From Eledone cirrhosa (taxonomy: Eukaryota): 64,000 nucleotides of DNA. Position 1 is the stretch's first letter, and every line of letters starts with the position of its first letter. Shown one piece after another: positions 63,373 to 64,000 of this stretch. The DNA lies in the NCBI GenBank assembly GCA_964016885.1, contig OZ024742.1:356500001-356564000 (forward strand), given 5' to 3'. The notes under the pieces are model-generated. The model was given only the letters and a program-made list of their open reading frames with translations. It was not told where the DNA came from and made no database searches. The position numbers were made by a program, and so were the translations under genes.

Positions 63373-64000
63373 TATTATTATTATTATTATTATTATTTGC
63401 GTTTATCTTGCTTTATGTTCATACGAGTTATCACCAAGTCACAACCAGTGACCTCAAGAGACAACAAGGTCTGCCATGTTCAAGAAAGAACATACATATT
63501 CACACATGCATCCTTAGTGTTTAGACTTGTGATGTACTTATATTGACAGGATCTTCCTTAGTATATGGGCAGTTCCCATTAGTACTATCTTTTGTATTTC
63601 TCCTATACGCGGGTTTCCTGGGATTTGCGATAAGTAGTCGTTAGACCCCTTAGGTATCATTCCCAGAGCGCCTACAACCACTGGTATTGTTTTAGTTCTC
63701 AATTTCCACATTTTTCCAATTTCTATCTCCAGGTCCTTATACTTGCTCAATTTTTCAAATGTTTTTATAGATACATTCTTGTCTATTGGAACAGACATAT
63801 CAATTAGCAGGCATACCCTCCTTTGAAAGTCCTTCAATATTATATCAGGTCTATTTGCATCTATTTTTCGGTCTGTTTGGATGCTAAAGTTCCACAAGAT
63901 TGAGATGCGATCGTTTTCAAGTATGGGAGGTGGTTGATGCTCCCACCAATTCTTTTGATGGGGCAGGTCAAAATGCTTACACATTAACCAATGTATGTAT
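63373..64000 (-). mobile_element. R4/Dong-type LINE family E, 3' end (continues beyond window)
   Basis: ORF 63538-63984 WWEHQP..NRPDIILKD..LIDMSVP..EKLSKYKDL; (TAA)n tail. Confidence 0.92.

Noticed and set aside
1-64000. CRISPR arrays, rRNA genes, prokaryotic operons
   Set aside because: No regularly spaced repeat-spacer arrays or such genes seen; the sequence is eukaryotic repeat DNA.

Overview
Eukaryotic, AT-rich DNA that is almost entirely transposon-derived. The SINE families and (TA)n/(ATT)n tracts resemble octopus/coleoid cephalopod sequence (inference, not verified). No host protein-coding gene can be supported. The window is a nested stack of non-LTR retrotransposons: three CR1/L2-type LINE families, two RTE families, two R4/Dong-type families, two Tx1/L1 copies, CRE-like scraps and at least two Penelope-like (PLE) lineages. 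It also holds tRNA-derived SINEs, a non-autonomous Helitron, piggyBac-like MITEs and a mariner relic. The most notable signals are RNA-level. (i) Several type-I hammerhead ribozyme folds occur, including two diverged copies of a non-canonical one (U3-A8 core, ~55-nt domain II) at the 3' end of an ORF-less repeat. (ii) An RTE LINE has a base-exact 5' inversion of the twin-priming type. (iii) A SINE carries both the 5' and 3' ends of an RTE LINE present in the window. (iv) A Tx1 ORF1 has a conserved unexplained C-terminal block and a possible ORF1-ORF2 splice. All RNA folds and alignments were done by eye.
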